Part shown: piece by piece, positions 1 to 8,997 of the stretch
Position numbering within the stretch: the stretch's first letter is position 1
Layout of the letters: every line of letters starts with the position of its first letter
IMG/VR virus record: IMGVR_UViG_3300022602_003048
Span: 29,538-93,537 of that record
Length of the DNA: 64,000 nt
Reading direction: 5' to 3' (one strand)
From: a virus
The notes under the pieces: generated by a model
The model's input: the letters and a program-made list of their open reading frames with translations, nothing else
What the model was told of the DNA's origin: nothing
Database searches by the model: none
Position numbers and translations under genes: made by a program

Positions 1-180
1 TCTCACTGCTTCTTTCTGCATCTTATCCAGCAGTCGGAGCAATAACAGATTCATATTATGGGACAGCTCTTCGGCTTCGTTTATGGGTAATGTTATGACC
101 TTGCTGTTGCTACGCTTGGCCATCTTGACCTTGTTTATGAAATCTTCTAGTATCAGAGTAGATATGTTATTTGTTGACAT
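1..180 (-). CDS. hypothetical protein, partial (runs off window start)
   Basis: Manually translated: ATG at 180, MSTNNISTLILEDFINKVKMAKRSNSK..., open to position 1; overlaps the stop of the upstream gene. Confidence 0.6.
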   Translation of the reverse strand, partial: MSTNNISTLILEDFINKVKMAKRSNSKVITLPINEAEELSHNMNLLLLRLLDKMQKEAVR

Positions 181-658
181 TGCTAAGCACCTGTTTAAGC
201 TCTAGCTCCGTCTTGAATGGACCTTTATACTCATATCTCTGTACCGTGATTAGCTTTGGACAGAAACTACGTACCCATCCTTTTTCAAAACGGATGGCAT
301 AGTATCCTGCACAGTAAACGCTCTTGCTAGCATCGCTTTTGGTAAACAGCGGCAGCTTCTTTTTAACATCATACATAGGGTTATGCGGTTCACAGTTAGT
401 ACCAAAACCGTAGATCTCGTTATTGATCTTTATGTCTTCTTTCTTAGAAACAGTGAAGAAGTTCTTACCAAACTGTTTCTCCAAGGTCTTTAGATCCTTG
501 AATATCGACTTATTGTTCTTGGCTACTAGGACGAACTTGTTAGTTTCGTCTTTCTGTAGAGTTCCGATGCGTGTTCCTGCGTCTTCGACGATCCAGAACT
601 TGCCATCTATGATTGGTTTAGCTTTTATTTCCATTTTATCACTCCGGATATTTTGCAT
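167..658 (-). CDS. conserved phage hypothetical protein (likely start near 634, MEIKAKPII)
   Basis: 163 aa ORF tightly packed in operon; CAGYY..F..GW..SFCPKL motif. Confidence 0.7.
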   Translation of the reverse strand: MQNIRSDKMEIKAKPIIDGKFWIVEDAGTRIGTLQKDETNKFVLVAKNNKSIFKDLKTLEKQFGKNFFTVSKKEDIKINNEIYGFGTNCEPHNPMYDVKKKLPLFTKSDASKSVYCAGYYAIRFEKGWVRSFCPKLITVQRYEYKGPFKTELELKQVLSNVNK

Positions 659-1604
659 TCAGCGGTTCGGCATATGATTGTGCCTGTTCGCTGATCTTTA
701 CTAGATCAAACAATCCACAGAATTTAAGCAGCCTCATGCCTACCTGGTCTACATTTTTAGCTACTGATTTCTCAGAAATAGTCTGCTTGATGATGTATTT
801 GATGTCATCTGGCTGATGTTTAAGATCGATCAATCTACGATTGCGCTCATAATCATCGAGCACACGATGTTCTTCACCATTGTGGTCTACCCAACGCTGC
901 AACATCATATTGTTCCAAGCGAATCCTCTATTTTTGCGATCTTCAAATGCTTCTTCGAGTTTGTTCTTCCTCACCTTGGGATACGCACTAAAAACATTGT
1001 CAGTAGGATCACCCCGCATGCATTTTTCAAACAGCAACCATTCGGGGTTAGGGATTACTTTTGGTTCCTTTGTCTTGTTATCGATGACTATCTTGCCCTT
1101 CTTATCGAACACACCTTCGTGTGTAGTCGTCGTCTCTAGCACGCCGTTATACTGCTTGACGTTCGGAGCAATGAGCTGCACGAAATCGCTGTCTGTAGAG
1201 ATGATAATATGATTGTCGTTAGGATGATTTTCAATCCAACCTGCGATGAGATCATCTGCTTCAAGTCTTGGATTCTGCAGGACTGTGCAATTAGTCTTGT
1301 CTGTGATGAATTCTTTAAACTTATCAAAGGTCTCCCAAAACAGCCTATCTTCTTCTGCTTCTTTTTCTGTGAGAGCTGCTCGTGCTTCTGTGCGATTACG
1401 CTTATAGGGCGCATAATAGTCTTTGCGCCAGCTGCGTCCTTCTAAGCAGAACACGACATGATCGCCTTTGAAATCCTGCCAAGCCTTCTTGATGCTAGCC
1501 AGTGTAACATGTAGTGCCATGCCAATCTTTATGTCAGCGTCACCTCGCACGACATGTCTAGCGCGGAAGAAAGTATTAGCTGTATCTACTATGATGTAGT
1601 TCAT
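639..1604 (-). CDS. rnh: T4 RNase H-like 5'-3' exonuclease (PIN/FEN fold)
   Basis: Motifs IIVDTAN, YKRNR, LEADDLIA, ISTDSDF, GDPTDNV. Confidence 0.88.
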   Translation of the reverse strand: MNYIIVDTANTFFRARHVVRGDADIKIGMALHVTLASIKKAWQDFKGDHVVFCLEGRSWRKDYYAPYKRNRTEARAALTEKEAEEDRLFWETFDKFKEFITDKTNCTVLQNPRLEADDLIAGWIENHPNDNHIIISTDSDFVQLIAPNVKQYNGVLETTTTHEGVFDKKGKIVIDNKTKEPKVIPNPEWLLFEKCMRGDPTDNVFSAYPKVRKNKLEEAFEDRKNRGFAWNNMMLQRWVDHNGEEHRVLDDYERNRRLIDLKHQPDDIKYIIKQTISEKSVAKNVDQVGMRLLKFCGLFDLVKISEQAQSYAEPLNAKYPE

Positions 1605-1918
1605 ATGATCCTGATTTCTCTGTTTGCTTCACCTTCGTTGACAACAGTTTGGCACAATGCACGGAACCATTTGTCAACGATCTCTTCTTCTGTAACCCCA
1701 GTATAACCTGCTTTGCGCAAATCGTCAATGAAAAAGCTGTTCCAATCTAGCTCAAAATAACCATCTGCTGGATTAGCTCTATCTACTTTGGTATCTAGGA
1801 CCCTTATATAAGGTTCTTTACGTGCAGTAGCCATATCTTTTTCTGATATGAGATCTTGGTTTTCTTTTTTTGGACTTACACTTTGACCAAACATCTTTAA
1901 AAACTTATCTAACATCAT
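1601..1918 (-). CDS. conserved phage hypothetical protein
   Basis: 105 aa ORF with SD (GGAG); GYFELDWN motif; ATGA overlap with rnh. Confidence 0.7.
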   Translation of the reverse strand: MMLDKFLKMFGQSVSPKKENQDLISEKDMATARKEPYIRVLDTKVDRANPADGYFELDWNSFFIDDLRKAGYTGVTEEEIVDKWFRALCQTVVNEGEANREIRII

Positions 1919-1924
1919 GTCTCC

Positions 1925-2779
1925 TCAGGCCAAGCTAGCATATAAATGTATCTGTAGATTCAGGGTGAATCCATTTTGCGCACAATACTGTGCTGTGTAT
2001 TCGTGATTTCTTTGATTTGCCTTCATATCGAGCAGACCTTCTTCCCAAAAACTGATGACTTCATCTACGGCGCTGCGTTCCTCGATGGTGATATCGTTCT
2101 TTGTGCTACGCATCTGCTTGCTCTTCTGTGGCTCACGATTGTAGATGTTCATGGGACTGATAAACACCTGCTTGCCACTGCCCACGCTAGCATATTCATG
2201 TGCCCAATCTGGGATGCTGCTGTAAGGACTATCTGGATCTGCACTCATGACAAACTTGAGACAATCGGCTCGTTCCATAACATCTGCATTGGGACGCAGA
2301 TACTTGACAGGTTTGCCATCTTTTTCTAGGCATTTAGGACTGCATACCAACGTAGTCGAACTGGGAATATCCTGCCATACTGTGCCATTGCTTTCAATCT
2401 GTGTCCATGCAAAATGATCTTTTATATGATATAGGAAAGCACCTAGGTTTTTTTGCAACATTGGCTCGCCACCAGTTACTACTAATCCGACTTTTTGGCT
2501 AAACCAGTTTGGAATGATATCATCGTGATCATCGAAATAATTGTTTACGACATTCCATATCCTAGCTTCTAGCTCATCAAAAGATAACCAATCGCCGCCA
2601 TCAAAATAAGTATCGCAGAAAGAGCAAGCCAAGTTGCACTTGGCAAGTCTAACGAAAACTGCTGGCTCGCCTCGGTATGGACCTTCGCCTTGGAGTGTGT
2701 AAAAAATACTGGTGACAAAGAGCTTATCACCAGCATCATTGAAATATTTTTGTCCGACAATCTCATTTTTTCCAAACAT
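1925..2779 (-). CDS. queE: 7-carboxy-7-deazaguanine synthase (radical SAM)
   Basis: IFYTLQGEGP, FVRLAKCNLACSFCDT (CxxxCxxC), VTGGEPMLQ, IESNGT, CSPK, C-terminal LQIH. Confidence 0.92.
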   Translation of the reverse strand: MFGKNEIVGQKYFNDAGDKLFVTSIFYTLQGEGPYRGEPAVFVRLAKCNLACSFCDTYFDGGDWLSFDELEARIWNVVNNYFDDHDDIIPNWFSQKVGLVVTGGEPMLQKNLGAFLYHIKDHFAWTQIESNGTVWQDIPSSTTLVCSPKCLEKDGKPVKYLRPNADVMERADCLKFVMSADPDSPYSSIPDWAHEYASVGSGKQVFISPMNIYNREPQKSKQMRSTKNDITIEERSAVDEVISFWEEGLLDMKANQRNHEYTAQYCAQNGFTLNLQIHLYASLA

Positions 2780-2794
2780 TATCTATGATTCCTG

Positions 2795-3334
2795 TTAGTC
2801 TTTAATATAGTGTATTTGTGCAGATCTGTCAAGTCCTCGTTTCCACCACTCCTCCCATGGAAACACGATCCAGCAGTCGTCTTCGGCTTTGTTCACTTCG
2901 ATAGCATAGAAGTCAACGTTTTCCTTGCTGGCTAAATTGTTTACTAGCACTGCTATCTTCACACGCTCGTGCCACCACATGTTGCGGTCTGGATCCATCC
3001 CAGCTACGCTGCTAAACCAATCATTGCGTATCCAGGCCAATGTATCTCCTGTGTCGTTGATGTCGTCAACGATGAGGACATTTGTGGCATTAGCGACATC
3101 TTCAGGCATCCAACAGTTATGATCGCAATCTATCTCTTCACCGTCACGTAGCTGTACTTTTAAAGTCTGCATCGGAATACCTAGATAATGGCTTAGCATG
3201 ACAGCAGGATTGAGACCACCTCGTGTAAGTCCAACAAGATAATCAGGTTTCCAATCGCTCATATAAATTTGGCTAGCAATAGAGTTTACAGCCTTTTCTA
3301 TATCTTTCCAATTATAGTATATCTTGTTGGTCAT
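2795..3334 (-). CDS. purine phosphoribosyltransferase (Gpt/XGPRT-like)
   Basis: GLTRGGL, PRPP-binding VLIVDDINDTGDT, C-terminal WIVFPWE. Confidence 0.88.
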   Translation of the reverse strand: MTNKIYYNWKDIEKAVNSIASQIYMSDWKPDYLVGLTRGGLNPAVMLSHYLGIPMQTLKVQLRDGEEIDCDHNCWMPEDVANATNVLIVDDINDTGDTLAWIRNDWFSSVAGMDPDRNMWWHERVKIAVLVNNLASKENVDFYAIEVNKAEDDCWIVFPWEEWWKRGLDRSAQIHYIKD

Positions 3335-3804
3335 TTCTTTTCTCCTACGACCATGGATTCTAACAGTTTATAATGTTCGTATGCCTTTTTAAGAGCAGCA
3401 TATTTCTCATGCTTTTCAAAATCCGGAATGATGATCAAGAAACGCTCGCGCAAGATACACATCGTTTCTGCTAGTTCGTCTAGATCTATTTCATTTTTAT
3501 CTGTTGATAATTTTGGTTTATCACCACTAATTATTATGTTGGCATTATTATAATTAGTCCAAACAGGGCCACTACTGGTTGAAGTGATGAATGCTCCGGT
3601 TCCCGACGACAAACCTATAGCAGAACCTACAGCACCGATAGTAACTGTCTGTGGATTTGCTGTTAGGGGATAACTAGTCCCTCCGCTGGTGACAGATACG
3701 GTGCCAATGGGCGGAACAGCCCCATACGAGGTGTTAAAAGTACCAGTTCCGCCTCCTCCTCCTCCGCCTGCTCCAGTTGCCATTGTGATATTTGTAAATG
3801 TCAT
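3331..3804 (-). CDS. hypothetical protein (Gly/Thr/Ser-rich N-terminus, helical C-terminus)
   Basis: 157 aa ORF with ATGA overlaps on both sides. Confidence 0.65.
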   Translation of the reverse strand: MTFTNITMATGAGGGGGGGTGTFNTSYGAVPPIGTVSVTSGGTSYPLTANPQTVTIGAVGSAIGLSSGTGAFITSTSSGPVWTNYNNANIIISGDKPKLSTDKNEIDLDELAETMCILRERFLIIIPDFEKHEKYAALKKAYEHYKLLESMVVGEKK

Positions 3805-4487
3805 CGTGGTAGATATCCTTGCTGTAGCTTTATGTTCTCAAAGAACTCATTCTTGGTAGCAGGATCGCTATAAAAAGCACCGCGCAATACTGTGGTCTGT
3901 GTTAGCGAGCTATGTGCCATAATGCCTCGATTCTCACAGCAACCATGCGTGGCTTGTATGTATACAGCAACATCGCTGCTATCTGTTGCCTTCATGATCT
4001 CTCTCGCAATATCATTACAAAGCTCTTCCTGGAGTGTTCCACGACGAGCACACCATTGTGCGATGCGAGTGTACTTACTAAGTCCGATAAGCTTCTTAGC
4101 AGCAATAATGCCGATATAAGATACACCATTTACTGGTTGATGATGATGGCTACACATGCTCTTAAGCTCGCTGCGCACCACTAGCATACCTTCATAAGGT
4201 TCGTTGCTGTTATTTGGAAAGCTAGTAGCATCGGGAGCAGGGTCATATCGACCGCTCATGATCTCCCTGACATACATTTTGGCCAATCGACGCCCTGTGC
4301 CCGTGCTGTTTGGATCATTCTCACGATCGATAACCAAGCTATCTAACACAGCATCAAACCGAGCATGTAACTCATCAATAAGTGGATCAATTTCTTCTGG
4401 TTTTATGTATTTTGAAATATTATCTCCGGCCCAGTAACGGCCCCCGTCTTCTTTTATGCGATTGCGTATAGTTTCTGAAATGCTCAA
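3801..4487 (-). CDS. folE: GTP cyclohydrolase I (TTG start)
   Basis: SMCSHHHQP, GLSKYTR, LQEEL, HGCCENRG motifs; SD GGAG at 4495-4498. Confidence 0.93.
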   Translation of the reverse strand: MSISETIRNRIKEDGGRYWAGDNISKYIKPEEIDPLIDELHARFDAVLDSLVIDRENDPNSTGTGRRLAKMYVREIMSGRYDPAPDATSFPNNSNEPYEGMLVVRSELKSMCSHHHQPVNGVSYIGIIAAKKLIGLSKYTRIAQWCARRGTLQEELCNDIAREIMKATDSSDVAVYIQATHGCCENRGIMAHSSLTQTTVLRGAFYSDPATKNEFFENIKLQQGYLPR

Positions 4488-4494
4488 TTTTTTT

Positions 4495-4521
4495 CTCCGA
4501 TGTTAAAGCAGTGGATTGCTT
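4495..4521 (-). promoter_or_regulatory. candidate structured folE leader (small hairpin/pseudoknot over the SD)
   Basis: AAGCA-ATCCAC-TGCTT stem-loop; loop TCC complementary to GGA of the SD; begins at the predicted transcription start. Confidence 0.45.
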
Positions 4522-4529
4522 AAAATATT

Positions 4530-4558
4530 ATTATAGGTTATTTAGGTTCTAGAGTCAA
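4530..4558 (-). promoter_or_regulatory. sigma70-type promoter of folE (late TAAATA box in spacer)
   Basis: TTGACT-N17-TATAAT; TAAATA at 4539-4544. Confidence 0.75.
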
Positions 4559-5651
4559 GAATTGCTTTATATAAAGCATTACCTTCGAAAAATTCCATAC
4601 CAGTCCATTTAGCGTGTAGTCTAGCATTTACGTCGGTTGGTTGATTCGTTTCCATCAACCCCTTGATCTTTTCCATCAGATTGTTCTTGTTCTTTTGATA
4701 ACTGTCCCAATCTTTAGTCCATTCGCTAGGATATTTCACCCCCGCACCATCCCACATTTCGCTGTAGCTCAGCCTATCGGGCATCAACGGCAGCGTACCT
4801 ACCAATGCTCCTTCATAGACGCTTATTCCCAACGTCTCTTGTAGATTAGCACTGAATACCAGCTTGCTTTCTGCTAGATGCTGATGATATTCGTCTTTGG
4901 TTAGGGTGTTTTCCTGTGCTACGAACCATTCATATTCTGGCATAGCTTTAGCTAAGTCCTTGAATATTTCCAGCTGCTTCTCTGGTGCCAAGCGATGCGG
5001 GAAGATGATTTTTTGCTTTTTATCAACAAACATGTAAGGTTTCAGGATGTCTTTTAGGTATTCCATAGGCCATCCTACTATCATAATCTTAGGTCCGTTT
5101 AGATTTGTCTGTGTGTTCCATTCGTCGAGTTCATCATCACCAAACAACACATCAACCCCAAAAAGATTACGGAGGAACATGTTAGCATGGAATTGCGTGG
5201 CGAAGAAATTATGGTTATAGCAATAGAACATGCTCGATTCAGCATTGCGTACCCAAGGAACGTCTCCGATTAAACGTCCGAGAAAATCTTGAGGATCATA
5301 GCTGCCGGCATGCCACAGCCCTCCGATCTTGATCTCGATTCCTAGCAGCTCGGCCATGTACTTTAGCTGTATAACAGTAGGATTCCAAGCATCAGTATAG
5401 AGGAAATAGTCTCCATTTTTAACAGATCCATTAGCAAATAATTCTGCTATCTTCAGCATCTGTTGGCTCTTGTAGCTGTTAGTGCCTGCGAAGTTGAGGA
5501 ACGCACCTGGCGTAGTTGCCTGCGGTACATCTCCGCCTGAGATAATGTAAACATCCAGTCCAGCATCTCGCATCTGTTGCGGAAGATGATCCTTCCATTG
5601 TTTTGTGTAACGTGTGTCAACAGCTTCGAGATCAACTAGATATACTGTCAT
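4542..5651 (-). CDS. GT-B glycosyltransferase
   Basis: IIFPHRLAPEKQ and ETLGISVYEG motifs of the GT-B nucleotide-sugar-binding domain. Confidence 0.8.
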   Translation of the reverse strand: MTVYLVDLEAVDTRYTKQWKDHLPQQMRDAGLDVYIISGGDVPQATTPGAFLNFAGTNSYKSQQMLKIAELFANGSVKNGDYFLYTDAWNPTVIQLKYMAELLGIEIKIGGLWHAGSYDPQDFLGRLIGDVPWVRNAESSMFYCYNHNFFATQFHANMFLRNLFGVDVLFGDDELDEWNTQTNLNGPKIMIVGWPMEYLKDILKPYMFVDKKQKIIFPHRLAPEKQLEIFKDLAKAMPEYEWFVAQENTLTKDEYHQHLAESKLVFSANLQETLGISVYEGALVGTLPLMPDRLSYSEMWDGAGVKYPSEWTKDWDSYQKNKNNLMEKIKGLMETNQPTDVNARLHAKWTGMEFFEGNALYKAILDSRT

Positions 5652-5832
5652 CTTTTTCCTTCTTCTCTCTTATTATGACTTGACCGTTATCCTGCACATC
5701 CCACCATAGTTCTGTACCTTCGGTCCACCCCATCTGGCTCAATAGGTCAGGAGGAAAGGGGAGCAGGAGCTCCCCAGTTTTTGGATCTTCTTCTATTTCT
5801 ACTATCCAATTAGTGGTGGCGTTGGTTGGCAA
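5632..5832 (-). CDS. AbrB/MazE-like small DNA-binding protein
   Basis: GELLLPFPPDLLSQMGWTEGTELWW swapped-hairpin pattern. Confidence 0.65.
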   Translation of the reverse strand: MPTNATTNWIVEIEEDPKTGELLLPFPPDLLSQMGWTEGTELWWDVQDNGQVIIREKKEKDDSISS

Positions 5833-6025
5833 GCCAAGTCCTCCGGTCTTCTTTCCAGTTATTGGTTACACGCTGTCCTCGGCGATAGCGTTCAAAGTGA
5901 CCATAAGCAGTCCTCGGATCATATAGGTGTGCTTCATTGAACACATGTCCGAATTCTCTACAGAAATCTCTATAAACGTCGAGCTCGTCAAATATCTTCT
6001 TGATATCAGGGTATCTAGCAGCCAC
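5810..6025 (-). CDS. hypothetical protein (GTG start re-assigned)
   Basis: AAGGAG SD precedes GTG at 6025; the longer track ORF overlaps the upstream gene by about 100 nt. Confidence 0.6.
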   Translation of the reverse strand: MAARYPDIKKIFDELDVYRDFCREFGHVFNEAHLYDPRTAYGHFERYRRGQRVTNNWKEDRRTWLANQRHH

Positions 6026-6035
6026 TATCTTCTCC

Positions 6036-6419
6036 TTAGTTCTTGCTGTACTTGTTGAGGCAACCATTTTCGCCATCTTCGCTGACTTCGATCCAGACTT
6101 CTCTATCTGGATATCTTGCGATGATTTGATCGTATAGATCATCTGCGATCATCTCGCAGCTCTTGTAGTTTAGTTGCAGCACTCCTTCTACAGTATAGAG
6201 CCTCTGCAACCAACGCTTAAACTGTATGAATTCAACATCTCGATCGTCGTGAAATACCTCAAGGTATACCTTGAAATGGAAGATATGTCTATGTGGAACA
6301 CCTAAAAAAGCGACGTCATCCCAGTCACCTGTTGCTAGCTTGGGATCCGTTACTGCTGCCGGGTAACAATGCACACCTTCTTGTGTGAACGTGACCCAGA
6401 TCATTGAACTACTTTTCAT
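6036..6419 (-). CDS. QueD-paralog T-fold protein, DpdL-like (putative CDG decarboxylase)
   Basis: EGVHCYP, LGVPHRHIFHF (LxxxHRHxF), DRDVEFI, SCEMIA, EVSEDGENG; lacks the QueD CxxxHGH motif; inside the deazaguanine cluster. Confidence 0.7.
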   Translation of the reverse strand: MKSSSMIWVTFTQEGVHCYPAAVTDPKLATGDWDDVAFLGVPHRHIFHFKVYLEVFHDDRDVEFIQFKRWLQRLYTVEGVLQLNYKSCEMIADDLYDQIIARYPDREVWIEVSEDGENGCLNKYSKN

Positions 6420-6723
6420 TCTTTTTCATTTCCTCAAAATATGTATCGTATGCTATTTTATAATCAGACAGCATCTTTTGCAAGACATCAACGTCCTTGC
6501 GTTTTATGATAGCATCGTGCCACTTTACACCATCGTACCCAACCGCATATTTTATCGCAGCCCATACTCGCTTGTACCAAGGGAGATAGTGGCATGCTTG
6601 TACTTCTACGAAAAACTCAGGCATATCATCTGTACCCCAATCGTAGAAACTATAACGTACGATGTGTTCCGGAGAGTGACATTCACAATCTAGATGTATT
6701 ACACATGATTTATCTTCTTTCAT
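6409..6723 (-). CDS. hypothetical protein (CxCH..EH, possible metal binding)
   Basis: 104 aa ORF with SD. Confidence 0.65.
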   Translation of the reverse strand: MKEDKSCVIHLDCECHSPEHIVRYSFYDWGTDDMPEFFVEVQACHYLPWYKRVWAAIKYAVGYDGVKWHDAIIKRKDVDVLQKMLSDYKIAYDTYFEEMKKNEK

Positions 6724-6739
6724 TGCCTTTTCCTTTGCC

Positions 6740-7264
6740 TTATTTGATTATCTTATCTTGACCATATACTGACCAATCGTTGAACTTTGATCTATCCATG
6801 AGATCGTGTAGTTGATGTACCCAAACTCCAGGATTAGTAGCATCAAAATCCTTATCATCGATTTTGACACAGGTATTGTAATTCATATTGCTTATATAAG
6901 GAAGTTTCACTGATACCTGCAATATGAATTTGTTGTATTCGCAGAGATATGCTATTAGATCGAGGCTAGCGTTATAATAAGAAACATCCATGTCTAAGGT
7001 AACCCATAGTCCAGAATCTAACAAGTCTTTAGCCATACTCTCCCAGATGGTCAATGATTCATAATTTGTAGCACTATAACTATGGTTAGCACCTAAATAT
7101 ATGTGATAGCAATCGTGTTCCTTGGCAAGATCTACTAACATTTTAGCATCATGTACACCTACTACGAATAGTGTAGGCATACCATGCGCTGGAGTCTTTT
7201 CGACTTCTATGCCCGTGAAGAGCACCACATTGCTTTTAGAACCGTCCTGGTATTCTCTCTGCAT
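6740..7264 (-). CDS. conserved hypothetical protein of the deazaguanine cluster
   Basis: 174 aa; FTGIEVEKTPAHG, HIYLGANHSY, KIDDKDF..NPGVW motifs. Confidence 0.7.
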   Translation of the reverse strand: MQREYQDGSKSNVVLFTGIEVEKTPAHGMPTLFVVGVHDAKMLVDLAKEHDCYHIYLGANHSYSATNYESLTIWESMAKDLLDSGLWVTLDMDVSYYNASLDLIAYLCEYNKFILQVSVKLPYISNMNYNTCVKIDDKDFDATNPGVWVHQLHDLMDRSKFNDWSVYGQDKIIK

Positions 7265-7451
7265 CTTTTTTGTTTAAATCCTGAGTAATATTAAACATCT
7301 GTTCTTTGAGAAGTAGCTTTTCCTGCTTCATCTTATGAACGGTCTCGTCGTTAGTATAATGATTATAAGCTTCTGTTATCTGTTTGTCAAGCAAATCGTG
7401 TTTCTCTTGGATCTTCTTGTAGTGTGAAATCAATTTTTCTCTATCACTCAT
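7236..7451 (-). CDS. DUF465/YdcH-like coiled-coil protein
   Basis: KHDLLDKQI...KMKQEKLLLKEQM pattern. Confidence 0.65.
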   Translation of the reverse strand: MSDREKLISHYKKIQEKHDLLDKQITEAYNHYTNDETVHKMKQEKLLLKEQMFNITQDLNKKDAERIPGRF

Positions 7452-8997
7452 CTACTAACTCCTCTAGGTTGGTGAGCTTGCCATCATCTAACCCGCTATC
7501 ATCGCGATGATATTCTGCAGGTTCTTCTATCTCAAAGTTCTTGTTGAACATGGTAGAAGAATTCACTGTCTTCTTTCCAGTAGCACCGCGTGTTCCAATG
7601 ACACTGATCCAGAACTTGTTGTATTCTTCAACTAGTTCTAGTGCTTTGTTGCGATCATCAGTTTCAAATATGCGATCCACTACGTCTCGGAAATACTTCC
7701 TATCATATACGGTATTGAATACCATCATGTTAGGGATCACTCCTTGATCATATTGGCGGTTAGCTTCTTGGACAGAATTGATGTGCATCCACACGTTATG
7801 CCCCATCTGTATCGCATAGCTAAAACTATCCCAGCTGGTACGACCTTCCTTGCCGTTCTTGTTTAGGTCTCCGGGCTTATAGATACATACATCCTTTACT
7901 AGAGTGAGATCGGTGATAGGACTATCATTAAACATACTACTCTTTTTGAAGATACCGTCGCCGTTCACAGCAGTACTGAACTTTCGCTGATCGATGGAAT
8001 ATTTCTTGTCGTCAACGCTGGCTTCCATGCGATAGGTCCACTTTTTCATGTGTTCTATTTCAGTCTGCGTATATATCTGTCCATTAGCAGTTGCGAGGAA
8101 CGGACTAGCACAGTCAAAGCTAATGGTTAGCGTGGGATTATGATATTTTCGCACAGCCCGCTGGATGTCTGTAAGTAGGCATGCCCATTCTAGCTTAGAA
8201 GTACCTAGGAAGTGTATCCAATCTTGCTTACCTGATTCTAACAGACCGTCAAAACGAAGGTCTACTAACCTCTTTAGCGTTAGATGGACGTCACACATGT
8301 TCTGGCCTCCCATAGACCATCCGTTAAAATGTTCATTTGGATAGAGCTTTGGGTCGCTGTATTTCTTGACCTGTTGATACCAGTCTTCTGCTTCTGTATG
8401 ATTTTCTCCCTGTAAAACATTTAAAAACTTACAGTTACCGTTGCGATTGCGTATGAAATAATCATTATTGATATGGGTAGCATCTACTGCTTCTTGGTAT
8501 GTGCTGATACCAGTCGCTTTAGCACCTGCAGGACTACGTGCGACCCAGGCCGGTATATCTAATATCATTCCCCAATCCATGAGACCGTCCATCCAAGCAA
8601 GAACCTGTTGCCTTTTCTTGCTGGCTTTTGGACAGTTGGGATCTTTCCAGTCGCCTTCCCATACGCCCTTACCAATCTGGAATCCACCACTATCGCCAAC
8701 GACGATGCTTTCACCGTTGCGAGGTCGGCTGCGGAACATATCATCTTTCTCGCTAGCACGGGTCATGTCTAGATCAGCATGACCTGCTGAATACAGCCCC
8801 CATTTATAATAGAAGTAGCCTTTCTCTGGATCAAAGAAATTTAATCCTTCTACTCCGCTAGTAAAACCTGCGGGCAAGCGGGCTGGATCGACATAATTGC
8901 CAAACCGCTGTTTGCCGATAAATGTTGAATAAAACGAACTTACTGCTGGTAAGAATGTTGCATAATCATTCTGCGCTGTTGTTAAATTTTTGTTCAT
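7444..8997 (-). CDS. dpdA: TGT-fold guanine transglycosylase, DpdA-like (DNA 7-deazaguanine insertion)
   Basis: GDSGGFQI, MILDIP, LNVLQG, HFLGTS, SFDCASP motifs; adjacent to folE/queE and replication genes. Confidence 0.8.
   Translation of the reverse strand: MNKNLTTAQNDYATFLPAVSSFYSTFIGKQRFGNYVDPARLPAGFTSGVEGLNFFDPEKGYFYYKWGLYSAGHADLDMTRASEKDDMFRSRPRNGESIVVGDSGGFQIGKGVWEGDWKDPNCPKASKKRQQVLAWMDGLMDWGMILDIPAWVARSPAGAKATGISTYQEAVDATHINNDYFIRNRNGNCKFLNVLQGENHTEAEDWYQQVKKYSDPKLYPNEHFNGWSMGGQNMCDVHLTLKRLVDLRFDGLLESGKQDWIHFLGTSKLEWACLLTDIQRAVRKYHNPTLTISFDCASPFLATANGQIYTQTEIEHMKKWTYRMEASVDDKKYSIDQRKFSTAVNGDGIFKKSSMFNDSPITDLTLVKDVCIYKPGDLNKNGKEGRTSWDSFSYAIQMGHNVWMHINSVQEANRQYDQGVIPNMMVFNTVYDRKYFRDVVDRIFETDDRNKALELVEEYNKFWISVIGTRGATGKKTVNSSTMFNKNFEIEEPAEYHRDDSGLDDGKLTNLEELVDE

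Noticed and set aside
3745-3775. GGA/GGC poly-Gly tract as a phase-variable repeat
   Set aside because: Short, imperfect, in-frame triplet run within a low-complexity region
5632-5832. Toxin-antitoxin pair around the AbrB/MazE-like gene
   Set aside because: No recognisable toxin adjacent; the downstream gene is the glycosyltransferase
7444-8997. Calling the TGT-fold gene a tRNA-modifying tgt
   Set aside because: It lacks the CxCxxC zinc site of bacterial Tgt, is longer, and sits with replication genes; DNA-acting DpdA is more likely, though unproven
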